DNA of 64,000 nucleotides from Eledone cirrhosa (lineage: Eukaryota). This document shows positions 1 to 18,993 of this stretch, one piece after another. The notes beneath the pieces are model-generated. The model did not search any database. It was not told the origin of the DNA and saw only the letters and a program-made list of their open reading frames with translations. Position 1 is the first letter of the stretch; each line of letters begins with the position of its first letter. The stretch is from the NCBI GenBank assembly GCA_964016885.1, contig CAXHJY010001316.1:1-64000 (forward strand), written 5' to 3'. The translations under genes and the position numbers were made by a program.

Positions 1-6425
<6,425 letters not shown>

Positions 6426-6738
6426 ACGCATAAGTTAAGGAGGTATCGTTTAAGGTAATCCACCTAGAGGTTAAGAGTTCTGTGGATAGTTTTAACGTTT
6501 TCCATTGTTTGACTTAACAGGAAGTTTCCTCAGACGGGTGGCCCGGGTGGCCAGTTTAAGAAAGTTCCTAGATAAACGGTTGTTGGAGTAACAATAGTAA
6601 ATGATGGAAGAATGACGTGGTCGGCTCTACAGTAGGGTTTATTTAAAGTATCAACAATTGTTTCATTTGTCCGGTGTGTGTAATATATTTTACTAGATTT
6701 TTATCTATCTATATCTTTTTGATAACAATAATAATAAT

Positions 6739-6925
6739 AATTGTTTTTACTTTTGGCACAAGGCCAGCAATTACGCAGTACATCACTGGTACTTTATTTT
6801 ATCGACGCCGTAAGGATAAAAGGCAAAGTTAACACTGGCGGGATTTTAACTCAGACCATAAAGGACCATAACTCTTTGCTGCAAAGCATGGCGTCCGACC
6901 CTCTACCGATACTGCCAATCCACCG
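6739..6925 (-). mobile_element. tRNA-derived SINE (family S1), full length
   Basis: Minus strand: CGGTGGATTGGCAGTATCGG head, GAGTTAAAATCCC B-box-like motif, TTTGCCTTTTATCCTTACGGCGTCGATAAAATAAAGTACCAG core, (ATT)n tail; many similar copies in the window. Confidence 0.85.
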
Positions 6926-6979
<54 letters not shown>

Positions 6980-7290
6980 TCGACACGAGAGTGCAAGAGA
7001 AGGAGAGGGAGAAAATTAACCGATACCAAGACTTAAAGTGGGAGGTAAAAAGGATTTGGAATTGCCATGAAGTCAAAGTGGTCCCGATTGTCATAGGCGC
7101 ACTAGGTACTATCTCAAAAAGTTTCCAGGGATGGTTAAAGAAAATTGGCCCCGCCCCGCTTTTTGGAATACTTCAAAAGGCATGCTTGCTGGGAGCAGTA
7201 AGAACCCTCCGATACGTCCTGAATATCTGAGGCTGCAGGTAGTGGCTTGATATTCATTTCAACAAACTTTCCAGTTAACTAACATCAATG
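6980..7290 (+). mobile_element. 5'-truncated RLE-type (restriction-like endonuclease) non-LTR retrotransposon 3' end
   Basis: EKEREKINRYQDLKWEVKRIW..VVPIVIGALGT..LQKACLLGAVRTLR, typical C-terminus of R4/Dong/NeSL-like ORFs. Confidence 0.8.
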
Positions 7291-7325
7291 ACTGAGACTC
7301 AAATAGTAATAACAACAATAATAAT

Positions 7326-7920
7326 AATGTGTAAGCATTTTGACCTGCCCCATCAAAAGAATTGGTGGGAGCATCAACCACCTCCCATACTTGAAATAGA
7401 TCACATCTCAATCTTGTGGAACTTTAGCATCCAAACAGACCGAAAAATAGATGCAAATAGACCTGATATAATACTGAAGGACTTTAAAAAGAGGGTATGC
7501 CTGCTAATTGATATGTCCGTTCCAATAGACAAGAATGTATCTATAAAAACATTTGAAAAATTGAGCAAGTATAGAAATTGGAAAAATGATAGAAATTGGA
7601 AAAATGTGGAAATTGAGAACTAAAACAATACCAGTGGTTGTAGGAGCTCTAGGAATGATACCTAAGGGGTCTAATGATTACTTATCACAAATCCCAGGAA
7701 CCCGCGTATAGGAGAAATACAAAAGATAGTACTAATGGGAACTGCCCATATACTAAGGAAGATTCTGTCAATATAAGTACATCACACGTCTAAACACCTA
7801 AAGATGCATGTGTGAGTATATATGTTCTTTCTTGAATATGGCGGACCTTGTTGTCTCTTGAGGTCACTGGTTGTGACTTGGTGATAACTCGTATGAACAT
7901 AAAGCAAGACAAATGCAGCT
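7326..7920 (+). mobile_element. Second RLE-type LINE 3' fragment, frameshifted
   Basis: WWEHQPPPILE..ILWNFSIQTDRKIDANRPDII..CLLIDMSVP..EKLSKY (RPD...D..K-Y endonuclease motif), then TIPVVVGALGMI and LMGTAHILRKILS in shifted frames. Confidence 0.85.
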
Positions 7921-7932
7921 GTAATAATAATA

Positions 7933-7970
<38 letters not shown>

Positions 7971-8302
7971 GGTGTGCAATGTTGTTTAGTATTTTGTAAA
8001 TTATTTCAGTATTGTATAATTTATAATTTTTTCTTAACCCCTTTTTTCAGATATTTCACCAATACACTTCATCTATATGACGACATATAGATAAATATAT
8101 TTATAGGTATCTCAATATTTATTGATTTATCTATATAGGAATTAAAACATAGATGTAGGTCTATGTATATATGGGTATACGAATATATGTACCTTTCGGG
8201 CATTTTTACACCTTTACCCATTCTTTTATTTATATGGTTTAAATATATGCCTATGTATGTATGTATGTATGTATGTATGTATGTATGTATGTATGTATGT
8301 GT

Positions 8303-8336
<34 letters not shown>

Positions 8337-8484
8337 CTGTGTGTGTGTGCGTATGTGTGTATGTGTGTGTGTGTGTGTGTGAAAGGAGTTTAATATTGTA
8401 GTATTTTATAATTTGATAATGTAGAAGATGAGATGTTGATCAATGTGTATATATATATAGAGGTATATTTTATAGGTATATAAA

Positions 8485-9538
8485 TCTACTATATAGATGG
8501 CAATTTCTGTCTGTGTATCTGTGTATAACCAGTTGACGCCTGCACCAGTGATCCAATCATGATGAAACTTACACACATGTTTAGCTAATATTCAAAAACA
8601 GGACTGGCTAATTGGATTTCATTAAAAATAATGGAACGCCTAGGGACATCTTTACAATGGAGGAGGAAAGAGACGTTTCAGTGAGCGAGGAGGAAGTGAA
8701 GATACTACTACACTATGTTAAACACTCCCTCCCACTACTCCCCCTCCTCCTCCCACAACTCAGTCCTCCAAAACGAGGCAACAACTTATTTTTTTTGTTC
8801 TTCATTCTGTAGAGAAAGCGAGAGAGGGGATGAGAGAAAGGGGCATAAGAGAGAAAGAGAGGGGATGAGAGAGAGATGGGAATGAGAGAGAGAGAGGGAG
8901 AAATAGAGAGAGATGGGTATAAGGGAAGAGAGAGAAAGAAAACAGAAAAATGATAGCATAGTTGGATAACTAACATTTATTTATTTTTAAAACATTTCTT
9001 AACGTTACTTCTCTTTCTCTCTCTCTTCCACAAAAGTCGTAATGAGACTGTGTGTGCAGGCGCGCGTTAGTGTGCCGGCTTTCTTAAATTAGAGACAAGT
9101 GTGTGTATGTGTTTATCACCGTACTTAAGTTAGAGACATATATATGTTTGTGTGTGTTTATCACCGTATTCAAGTTAGAGACATATACATGTTTGTTTGT
9201 TATATATATATATCGTTAACTTTAGAAAGAAAATAGCCTTCATATTTTGTTTGAATTTCAGAGGTTCTGATTGTGCAAAAAAAAGAAATGGATAAATAAA
9301 ATCTAAATTTTATATTTTTGGTCATGCCCTTTTCACTGACAACATACCTAATGATTCTTCCATAACAAATCACCACTGGACACAACTAATATTTTTATCT
9401 ACATGATTTGCTTTAAACAAACGACAATAAATATTCTGCTATAATTACTACTTTAGTTAAAATTCAGCAATCATATTTCAATGGTCAAATATTGTAACTT
9501 TAATAAAATACCCGGGACTCACCGGGTAGCTCAGCTAG
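8485..9538 (+). mobile_element. Probable non-autonomous Helitron
   Basis: A|TC 5' end (TCTACTATATAG) followed by CTGTCTGTG; 3' GC hairpin ACCCGG-GACTCA-CCGGGT, then CTAG|T at 9535-9539; no target duplication seen. Confidence 0.6.
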
Positions 9539-9757
9539 TATATTTCTAGATATGTGTGTGTATATATATAGATATATAAGAAAAGTTCCAAATATATCTA
9601 CCGGTAAATTAATAAACCCCTTTTCCAAAAAGATATGCAAACTACAATTATAGTTATTTGTAGTGTTTCTTTTCTTTTTATATAATTGACACATTATAAC
9701 TTTGCAAGAACAACAATCGAGGTGGAAGTGAAAGTAAAAATACAAATAACATCATTC

Positions 9758-10005
9758 CAGTCAAATAAGCAGATTCCAACTAAATAAGTCCTAAATATCT
9801 ATAGCTAGTGATAGTCACGGCTGGAACGCTTTCAATAATAGACCTGCTCAACTATGGCTAATATAAAAATAAAAATAACTACATAATTTCAGTCAAATAA
9901 GCAGATTCCAACTAAATAAATCCTAAATATCTATACCTAGATACGTCTAAGTGATGGGCACGGCTGGAAGGCTTTCAATTATAAACCTGCTCAATCATGG
10001 CTAAC
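9758..10005. repeat. Tandem duplication of a ~130-bp unit
   Basis: CAGTCAAATAAGCAGATTCCAACTAAATAA..CACGGCTGGAA..ACCTGCTCAA..ATGGCTAA occurs twice. Confidence 0.8.
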
Positions 10006-10568
10006 ATTGATGATCCACAATAAATACTTCCCTGCTGCGTGTGAGGATAAAATCAATTTTCTCTAACAATCGGACTACGTAGAGTAGCGCCTCTAACAAA
10101 ACACAGTAAACGTGAGGTATAGCTTACTCTGTCTTTTTGCCTGTATCTACCATTTCATTATGGACAATGACCTCCATAAAACACTCTTCTCGCTAGTACA
10201 GCCGCCAGAAATGTATTGCTATTACCACTGTTACTGTAGCAAATATCGATTATGGACAAGAATGATGTAAAAATATTCGCTGGTGTTTGTAATAGAGATC
10301 ACGTTTGCTAAGACAAATATATATACACGTATAGGGACATGTATACACGCATGCACACACACATACAAGCATAGACATACACACACGTATATACAGGCAT
10401 AGACATACACACATATACAGGCAGAGACATACACACACGCACAAACGTAAATATAATACAAAATATTTCCGAAGTATGTCATGTTTACCAATGTAAAACA
10501 TGTTCACATACTCTTTATGTAATGGAGACCACGCCTCCCCCCCCCTCTCTCTCTCTCTCTCTCTCTGT

Positions 10569-10611
<43 letters not shown>

Positions 10612-10701
10612 TAATATTGACGGTTGCGAGAATGAGTTTTCAAATCCACATAACTTAAATATATATATATAATTTTTTTTACTTAAAAAATACTCTCTCT
10701 C

Positions 10702-10741
<40 letters not shown>

Positions 10742-10745
<4 letters not shown>

Positions 10746-11836
10746 ATATTGATTTTAACTCGAATCACCCACTTTCCATGATCAAATCGGTTCCCCGTAG
10801 TATTTCTCTCGGAATCTCTCGCCTATCGTCTGAGATTTTCAGTGAACATGCTGAATACTATAATAACGCATTAAGAAATGCAGTCCACAGGGATACAATA
10901 GAATACATTGATAAGAATCTCCATAACACACATAGCTGCACACGAAATCAAAGAATATATAACCGGGGTACAGAAATACAAGCGCACACACACAGTACCA
11001 CCAGACATATTAATAGTAGAATATCATCACCAAACTCAAATAAATCACGTTGTAGAAAGTATATCTGGTATAATCCCATTTTTAATGCTTCGATTAGTAC
11101 AAAACTATCTCTTTTATTCTTTAAGTTAATTAACAAGCATTTCCCAAGTTCCCATAAATACAGTAAGATTCTAAACTCTAAGACTATTAAGCTATCATAC
11201 TCCACCGCACCAAACCTTGAAGCACACATAAAAAAAAAACTTAACTTAAAGCAATTATTAAACAACACTACAAAACAAAATAGTTTAGTAACAGATGAGC
11301 ATAACGTAATATCGGTCACCCAACCACCAAATGGTAGACGGGTATTACACAACCCACCTGAACTGTTACCCCAACCTATCCATGGTATACCTGCTACCCA
11401 CAACAAAAGCTGCAACTGCCACCTACCTGAAAGATGTCCATTGAAGAATAAATGCCTAAAATCCAACATTGTTTATCAATGCACTGTCGAATCGAACGAC
11501 CAGAAATGGTATTACATCGGGTCTACCACTACCTCCTTTAAATTTCGCTGGTATCGTCATCGATTTTCGATTAAACATCCTAAACACCGTCTTGTGACTA
11601 CTCTCGCCAATAAGACCTGGCAACTCCAAGAATGCAACCGGCAGTTTACCTTGAAATGGGATAAACTATCCAGCGCTGGTGCATATCGGAGTGGATTGAA
11701 GTACTGCAGATTATGCAACCTTGAACTCTTTTATATCTTAAAATCCAAAAACAAATTACTAAATGACAGAATCGAGCGATCGTTATACTGCAACCACAAA
11801 CTGAAGGCTAAATTCTCTCACTATAAAATAACTTAA
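10742..11836 (+). mobile_element. Penelope-like element (Neptune-type) ORF C-terminal part: RT thumb, Cys-rich linker, GIY-YIG endonuclease; 5'-truncated at a (TA)n run
   Basis: YIDFNSNHP..IKSVP thumb; IWYNPIFN..INKHFP..TIKLSYST; CNC..CPLKNKC linker; NIVYQC..YYIGST..FKFRWYRH..CRLCNLE..LLN..CNH GIY-YIG domain. Confidence 0.9.
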
Positions 11837-12020
11837 CATTCGAACCCGGGATTACAACATCGCTTTCTCGCTAACTAATTCATCTCACCAACTACTTCCT
11901 AACTATATCCCTCACCCCCAGACTACAAGACAATACCCTGCTTATCATTATAAATGGGTACTTGAGTGCGATTTGTAGACTACAACTATGAACTCGATGT
12001 ACACCCATCTCGTAACCTTC

Positions 12021-12055
<35 letters not shown>

Positions 12056-12535
12056 CAACTATTAACCTGCTCTCTGTGGCAATAAATAATCCCAATCTTG
12101 ACTATATCAATACAATTCCTAAGGGCTGTCACATTGAGAGTAAACAGTATAATAAAACCCCTACCACAACATTTTGATTAAGCTATCTGTATTCTTCAAA
12201 CCACTCTCTCCCGTTTCTCCAACCCAACCCCTACATCTCTCTCTCTCTCCTCCTCTCTCTCTTTCCCTCTCTCTTCCTTTCTAGTCTATCTTCTCCAATA
12301 ACTTCCTTTAATAAATACAAGGGTATTTACATTTTAACCATTCTGCTCTGAGGAAGCGGTAGGGGCAGCATTTGAAAATTGAGTTTCTGCAATCAAATAA
12401 TCACCAATTTGCACAGTTTCTTCAACTATTCTTCCATAACTGGTTGAGTAACCCCTCACCGTACGTCAACTCTATCTAGTGTAGTAATTAACCATTACTG
12501 CATTCAGGATAATCCTAACCCATTTCTTGCATAAC

Positions 12536-12582
<47 letters not shown>

Positions 12583-12621
12583 GGTATAGAAAACATTGTA
12601 GCGAAAAGCCAACAGTATTCC

Positions 12622-12663
<42 letters not shown>

Positions 12664-12804
12664 ATGTTTTATTGTTTTCCGGGATTTATTTTAACCTACA
12701 ACATTTTCAACATATGGATTACATTGAGTTCATGCAGACTAGACCCCACAACTGGATATTTCTGTGTATATATATACATACACACAAACACACACACATC
12801 GTCA

Positions 12805-12935
12805 AATATAAGCATGGCAGTTTGTGTGATTAAGAATTTCGATTGACCACGACGTAGCTACTGCCTTGTATTGTTTCCATTATCTTCTAACTGTAGCCTC
12901 AGGTTGACCAATACTGTGAACGGAAGTCTGGGTAT
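12805..12935 (+). mobile_element. Degenerate SINE of a different family
   Basis: GCATGGCAGTTTGTGTGATTAAG head and TCTTCTAACTGTAGCCTCAGGTTGACCAA body resemble, from memory, a cephalopod tRNA-SINE; heavily decayed. Confidence 0.35.
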
Positions 12936-13800
12936 AAGCTAGAAGATATACTGTTTATAGATGAGAGATGAAGCAAGAAGAATCGTAGGTGAAACTCTTA
13001 GTAACAAGATATTTTGTTTCGTTTACATTGTATTTTTTTCTTTTCATTAATGGAACTATAAAATTTGTAAAACATTCTAGAAGTTTAGCAAATAATAACT
13101 ACATGTTCACACGTATCGATACAGATACATTCGTATATGCACACATACTACTAAAAAACGATTATTTATAACTAGCTGGCCCCTTGACGTAAACAATGAT
13201 AGCTAATTGTAATATCTATACATAATATAAAAAAAGAGATGTTTGTTGGTTGGTTCCTTCGCGATACAAACATACACACAACTGTAACGAATCTTAGAAC
13301 GCTGGACTTCTATAGTTTCTCCCCGCCTTCCTCTATCATCATATAGGTGTGTGTGCATTAGACAGCCCTTTCTTCCTCAGTCGACGTAATCACCTCTTCC
13401 TTCGTCAGTCATCTCTAGTGTGTGACGGATAAATACACAAGGCTATTATATATATATAAATTATATTGAATATTTGTTACCGTTAACAAATATAGGAATT
13501 AGTAGTGCATACTATAGTAGAAACAGGAAACAGACTGAATCCGTCTGAGGAACTGACATACCGGAGGAACTGTACAGAAACAGGCTACTAGATCAGCCGA
13601 AATAAACTACGCAAACACACACATATATGTATGAACTTGTGTATACTCACGCACAAACACACATACACATATATATATATATATAGTGGTAGAGGGAGAG
13701 AGGGGGGGGTACGAGATGTGAGTAGTAAAGATCAGTAAAATAAACTTAGTTTTCTAATCTTAAAGGTAGAAGAAATTATAAGGGCAGATAATACCTGTTT

Positions 13801-14165
13801 AATAATTGTTTCTACTTTTGGCACAAGGCCAGCAATTACCCAGTACATTACTGGTACTTTATTTTATCGATCCCGTAAGGATGAAAGGCAAAGTTAACCT
13901 TGGCGGGATTTGAACTTTTGATTTAGGTAGAAGGCCAACACATTTGGGGGAAAAGGAAAGTCGATCAAATCGACCCCAGTGCATTACTGGTACTTTATTT
14001 TATCGACCCCGTAAGGATGAAAGGTAAAGCTAACAACGGTACTATTTGAATTCAAGACATTAATGGTTGTAACGCAGTAAAGATTCTGCCAATTCAACGT
14101 CCTAAATAATAATTGTTTCTACTTTTGGCCCAAAGCCAGCAATTAACCCAGTGTATTACTGGTAC
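13801..14165 (-). mobile_element. Cluster of three partial S1 SINE copies
   Basis: S1 core and tail at 13801-13915, 13922-14097 and 14108-14165; CGTCCTAAATAAT duplicated around the last copy. Confidence 0.8.
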
Positions 14166-14271
14166 GTCCTAAATAATATTAACAATAATATCTCTCTCTT
14201 TTTCTCATATATATATATATATATATACAATGATATTAAATAACTGGAAACTATATTTATAAAACCATATT

Positions 14272-14332
14272 AATTCTATTATATATATTTCAAGGTACCA
14301 AAAACTTTGGTACGCTTTCATCAGATAAAATA
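14272..14332 (-). ncRNA. Minimal type I hammerhead ribozyme, family A
   Basis: Minus strand: TATTTTAT-CTGATGA-(AAGCGTACCAAAGTTTTTGGTACCTT)-GAAA-TATATA-TA-ATAGAAT. Confidence 0.75.
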
Positions 14333-14831
14333 CAAAGTGTGTTTTATAAATTTTGACATAGCCAAGGAAACATACCTTATCAGTTGAATTTTCCTTGGAT
14401 AGTCAATACATCGATATGTCCAGTTCCTGGGTGTGTTGTTAGTCCTCCGAGAAACTGGAAATCATGTGAGCTAGAACAAACGAATTTCAGCGTCATAGCA
14501 CACGCTTGTATCCCATTGGTCAGTTGTGAGACCCATTCTCAGTCAAAAGTCTATAGAAATTCTTCTGAAGCAGGTCAACCTGCTATAGTTGTTTTTGTCA
14601 GAATGTTTAAGTACAGCTGACCTCCTTCACTGTGTTGGTAGTCGTAGAAGTGTTAAGAGGTCAGCTAGCAGGGCAACTTTAGTGTGCTGCTGCTATGGTC
14701 TGAAGAATTTATGTGTGTAGACTGGCATCTGTCCTGCCACCATTTCACGTGGTGGGGGAGGCCAAACAAATAAAGAATGCGTGTGTGTTACAACCAATAT
14801 TAAAAATTTAGAAAAATGTAAACTGAAGTAG

Positions 14832-15200
14832 AAAACCTGTGTGTCAGAATCGAGAAGTGTAAAGAATTACAATTCTTATTCTAGCATAGAGTACGTACGT
14901 GTGATTGTCCGTCAGCGTGCACCGTTGCGCGTGCACACGTATAAACCCAGGCTCGGTGTATTCACCTATTCATGTCCACACAGTCTAACAAAAGATGGGT
15001 GCGTTTTAAGAACAAATGAGGGAAAAGTGGAGTGAAAAATAAAATACCAAAAACCTGTGTGTCAAAATCGAGAAGTAAAGGGCTACAATTCCTATTGCAG
15101 CATAAAGTACACATGCGTGTATGTCAACGCACACCGTTGCAAGCACACATGCACAAACACAGGCTCAGGTGCATTCCCATATTACGTCTACACAGTCACA
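14832..15200. repeat. Diverged tandem duplication, ~217-bp period
   Basis: AAAACCTGTGTGTCA.AATCGAGAAGT..CAGGCTC.GTG.ATTC at ~14832 and ~15049. Confidence 0.7.
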
Positions 15201-15308
15201 CACACGCATATATATACACATAGCTCCATATACGCCCACATGTGGATACACCCACACGGACACAGGGTCAAAGTCACCTCTGGAGGTGGGATGAGGGGTA
15301 AGTGGTAG

Positions 15309-15368
<60 letters not shown>

Positions 15369-15369
15369 G

Positions 15370-15429
<60 letters not shown>

Positions 15430-15553
15430 CAGAAGGGATATTCAGTTTGTTGGTAATTCAACAAATATAAATGTTTATAACTGATTCAGGGATAACTTGC
15501 ACCGTTAAGGTATATTCTCGTTGGTTATATCAACATTTATAAAACACACTTTG

Positions 15554-15614
15554 TATTTTATCTGATGAGAGCGTACCAAAGTTTTGGTACCCTTGAAATA
15601 TATATTATAGAATA
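15554..15614 (+). ncRNA. Minimal type I hammerhead ribozyme, family A
   Basis: TATTTTAT-CTGATGA-GAGCGTACCAAAGTTTTGGTACCCTT-GAAA-TATATA-TT-ATAGAATA. Confidence 0.75.
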
Positions 15615-15746
15615 AATATGGTCTCATAAATATAGTTTCCATTTATTGATATCATTGATATTATACTCCAGAAATCTGTCGAGTGCTTCGAATCAGTTAT
15701 AAATATATATATTTGTTGAATTACCAACAAATTAAATATTCGTTTG

Positions 15747-15792
<46 letters not shown>

Positions 15793-15830
15793 AAAATACA
15801 AATATTAATAAAATGTTCTTTTGATCAATT

Positions 15831-15887
15831 ACATTTTATTATACATATTTCGGAGGTACAACAGTACATCCTCATCAGACAAAATAT
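15831..15887 (-). ncRNA. Minimal type I hammerhead ribozyme, family B
   Basis: Minus strand: ATATTTTGT-CTGATGA-GGATGTACTGTTGTACCTCC-GAAA-TATGTA-TA-ATAAAATGT. Confidence 0.8.
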
Positions 15888-17218
15888 AATGATACATCAC
15901 ATACCCTGAGATGTTAAATGGTTAAGATTTAATCAAGGGAGTGATTAACCTAAGAGAAAATTCAACATTTATACCCTAATAATGAGAAAATGGGAAAACG
16001 TAATAAATTCAATAGACAATGTGTGAATAAGAAAAAAACATTGCTTAACGTGACAGCTATAGAGATTTTAAAATGTATGATACTACAATTTATGTTTATC
16101 TAGGAAATATCTCATGAATTATAACAGTCAATGAGGGCCGCTGGGAGAGGATTTAGAGAGAGGGAAAGATAAAGGGGGGTAATATATGCAGAAAGAGATT
16201 TTTTTCCAAAAGCTAAACGGTTAAGTTTCAAAATATTTAATTTATGTTATTTTAGGGTGAAGAATCAAGATTTAAGGTTTTTTTTAAAAGTTGCTGGTTA
16301 TTTATATTTATTAATTTTATAAATTCTATAAGTGTGTTAACATTTCTAAACTTCTGAATTTTATGAGGGTAATATTTAAAGTATTTACCTGGCCAGCGAA
16401 AGGAAAATTTACACTGTTGAATATTTTCCTAAATGTAAACTTTAACGAAGATAATCTATAAAAATGTCAACATTTTCAGTATGTAAAGCTTATGAAATAC
16501 TTATTGTTAGAAATATTTAAATAACGATTATGTATATAGATATATATTAATGAGCCAGTATATTTTAGGTAAATGATAACGAATATAAAGTAATAGATTG
16601 AAGCATGCTAAAGTTAAATTGATACCTATATATATATAACAAGGTGTAAATGCATTAATTATTCATAGTTCAAAATAAATAATAATCTAGAAATTTAGAA
16701 GTTATCTAAAGATTATGTATATATAGATAAATATTAGGAATTAGTGATACAGTATACTTTAGGTAAATGATAACGATTATAATCTTATATAAAGGATTTC
16801 GACGCGTTACAGTTAAATACATACATATATATAAGAAAAACAATAATAAATGCATGGATAATTCAGAGTTCAAAATAAGGTCCATAATAATTTATAGTTT
16901 GTATATTTGCTCTATATTTGAATCATGGATATAAAAATACGATAGGTATATTTAAAAACTTACAAAAGATAATTACATACATATTATAAATAAGTAATCG
17001 AAAATGTAAACACAGGAAAGATTCATAGTTAAAAATAATTTTCGTAAAAATATAAGGGTTGGATATTTAAACTAGAATTTAAAACTTAGATAGGAAAATA
17101 AAGATAGAGAAATAATGGTATGGATCAGAGTTAATAATATTACGTTATGTATATCAATGTGCCGGCATGTTATTGAACAAATGTCGAGCGTTATTTCTTC
17201 TATAGATAGTTATAAGAT

Positions 17219-17400
17219 AATTGTTTCTACTTTAGGCACAAGGCCAGCAATTATCCAGTGCATTACTGGTACTTTATTTTATCGACCCCGTAAGGATGAA
17301 AGGCAAAGTAAACCTCGGCGGGATTTGAACTCAGACTGTAAAGGGACGTAACTATGCTGGAAAGCATGGCGTCCGACTCTCTACCGATACTGCCAATCCA
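17219..17400 (-). mobile_element. S1 SINE, full length, with target-site duplication
   Basis: Complete head, core and tail; TAAGATAAT on both sides. Confidence 0.88.
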
Positions 17401-17445
17401 TAAGATAATGCAATATTAACATCTCAGGGTATGTCATGTATCATT

Positions 17446-17502
17446 ATATTTTGTCTGATGAGGACGTACTGTTGTACCTCCGAAATATGTATAATAAAAT
17501 GT
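17446..17502 (+). ncRNA. Minimal type I hammerhead ribozyme, family B
   Basis: ATATTTTGT-CTGATGA-GGACGTACTGTTGTACCTCC-GAAA-TATGTA-TA-ATAAAATGT; 9-bp stem I including G-U pairs. Confidence 0.82.
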
Positions 17503-17643
17503 AATTGATCAAAAGAACATTTATTTTATTAATATTTGTATTAATATTTGTATTTTAATATTAATAACTCTGGAAAATTATTTTACCGTAGAGTGCTTCC
17601 AATCTACTGTAAAACTCATTCTCTGATATACTCATTGATATAC

Positions 17644-17681
<38 letters not shown>

Positions 17682-17720
17682 GAGGGGAAGAGTTACAGAG
17701 ATACAGAAATAGAGAGATAG

Positions 17721-17793
<73 letters not shown>

Positions 17794-17989
17794 TTATATT
17801 AAATTATTGGGGTTATAATTGAAAGGTTAATTATAGGAAAAGGGTTGCATTGATTGACGGAATGGATAAATAATTTACAGCATCAAATTACATTGTCATC
17901 ATCATCATCAACTATATCGCCATCAATATCTCTAACATGTTCATCATCATCATCCTCACCATCTATATCACCATCACCAACATCAATAA

Positions 17990-18229
17990 CAACCATAAGT
18001 ATAACAACAACAACAACATACAACAACAACAACAACTATAACAATAAACACAGCAGCAACAACAACAACAACAACAGCAACAAACAACAATAACAACAGC
18101 AACAAACAATAACAACAACAAACAGCAAACAACAACAATAGCAACAACAACAACAACATCAGCAGCAACAGCAGCAACAAGGGCAACAATAACAACAACA
18201 AAAATGAATGCAAATACAGCAGCAACAGC

Positions 18230-18305
<76 letters not shown>

Positions 18306-18392
18306 TCAGCAGCAACAGCAGCAACAAGGGCAACAACAACAACAACAAAAATGAATGCAAATACAGCAGCAGCAGCAACAACAACAACAAAA

Positions 18393-18425
<33 letters not shown>

Positions 18426-18852
18426 GCCAGGCAAGGTTATTTATGTTGTTAATTAATAAATTACAATCTTCAGTACACATACACACAGCATACACACATG
18501 TGCACACACATACACAGCATACACACATGTGCACACACACATACACAGCATACACACATGTACACACACATACACAGCATACACACATGTACACACACAT
18601 ACACACAGCATACATAGACAGACACACAGACACACACAGATATACACACACATACATACACACAGAGACACAGACACACACAGAGAGAGAGACACACACA
18701 CAGAGACACAGAGACACAGACACACAGAGAAACAAACACACCCACAGACACAGAGAGAGAGAGAGAGACACACACACAGAGACACAGACACACACACAGA
18801 GACACAGACACACACACACAGAGAGAAAGAAACACACCCACAGACACACACA
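17990..18852. repeat. (CAA/CAG)n then (CA)n/(GA)n compound microsatellites
   Basis: Direct reading. Confidence 0.9.
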
Positions 18853-18993
18853 GAATATACAAACACGACCACAAGTTTTCTGGCTTCACGTCGTGGCCAT
18901 TTGAGTTATAATACTATTATATTAGCAACTAATATTTGTTTGTGTCTAGAGAAATACTTGCGTTATCGTTTCAATCTGATTGAGATCAGTAAA

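Noticed and set aside
13540-13600. CTGAGGA...GAAAC hammerhead-like motif
   Set aside because: No convincing stem I or stem III pairing
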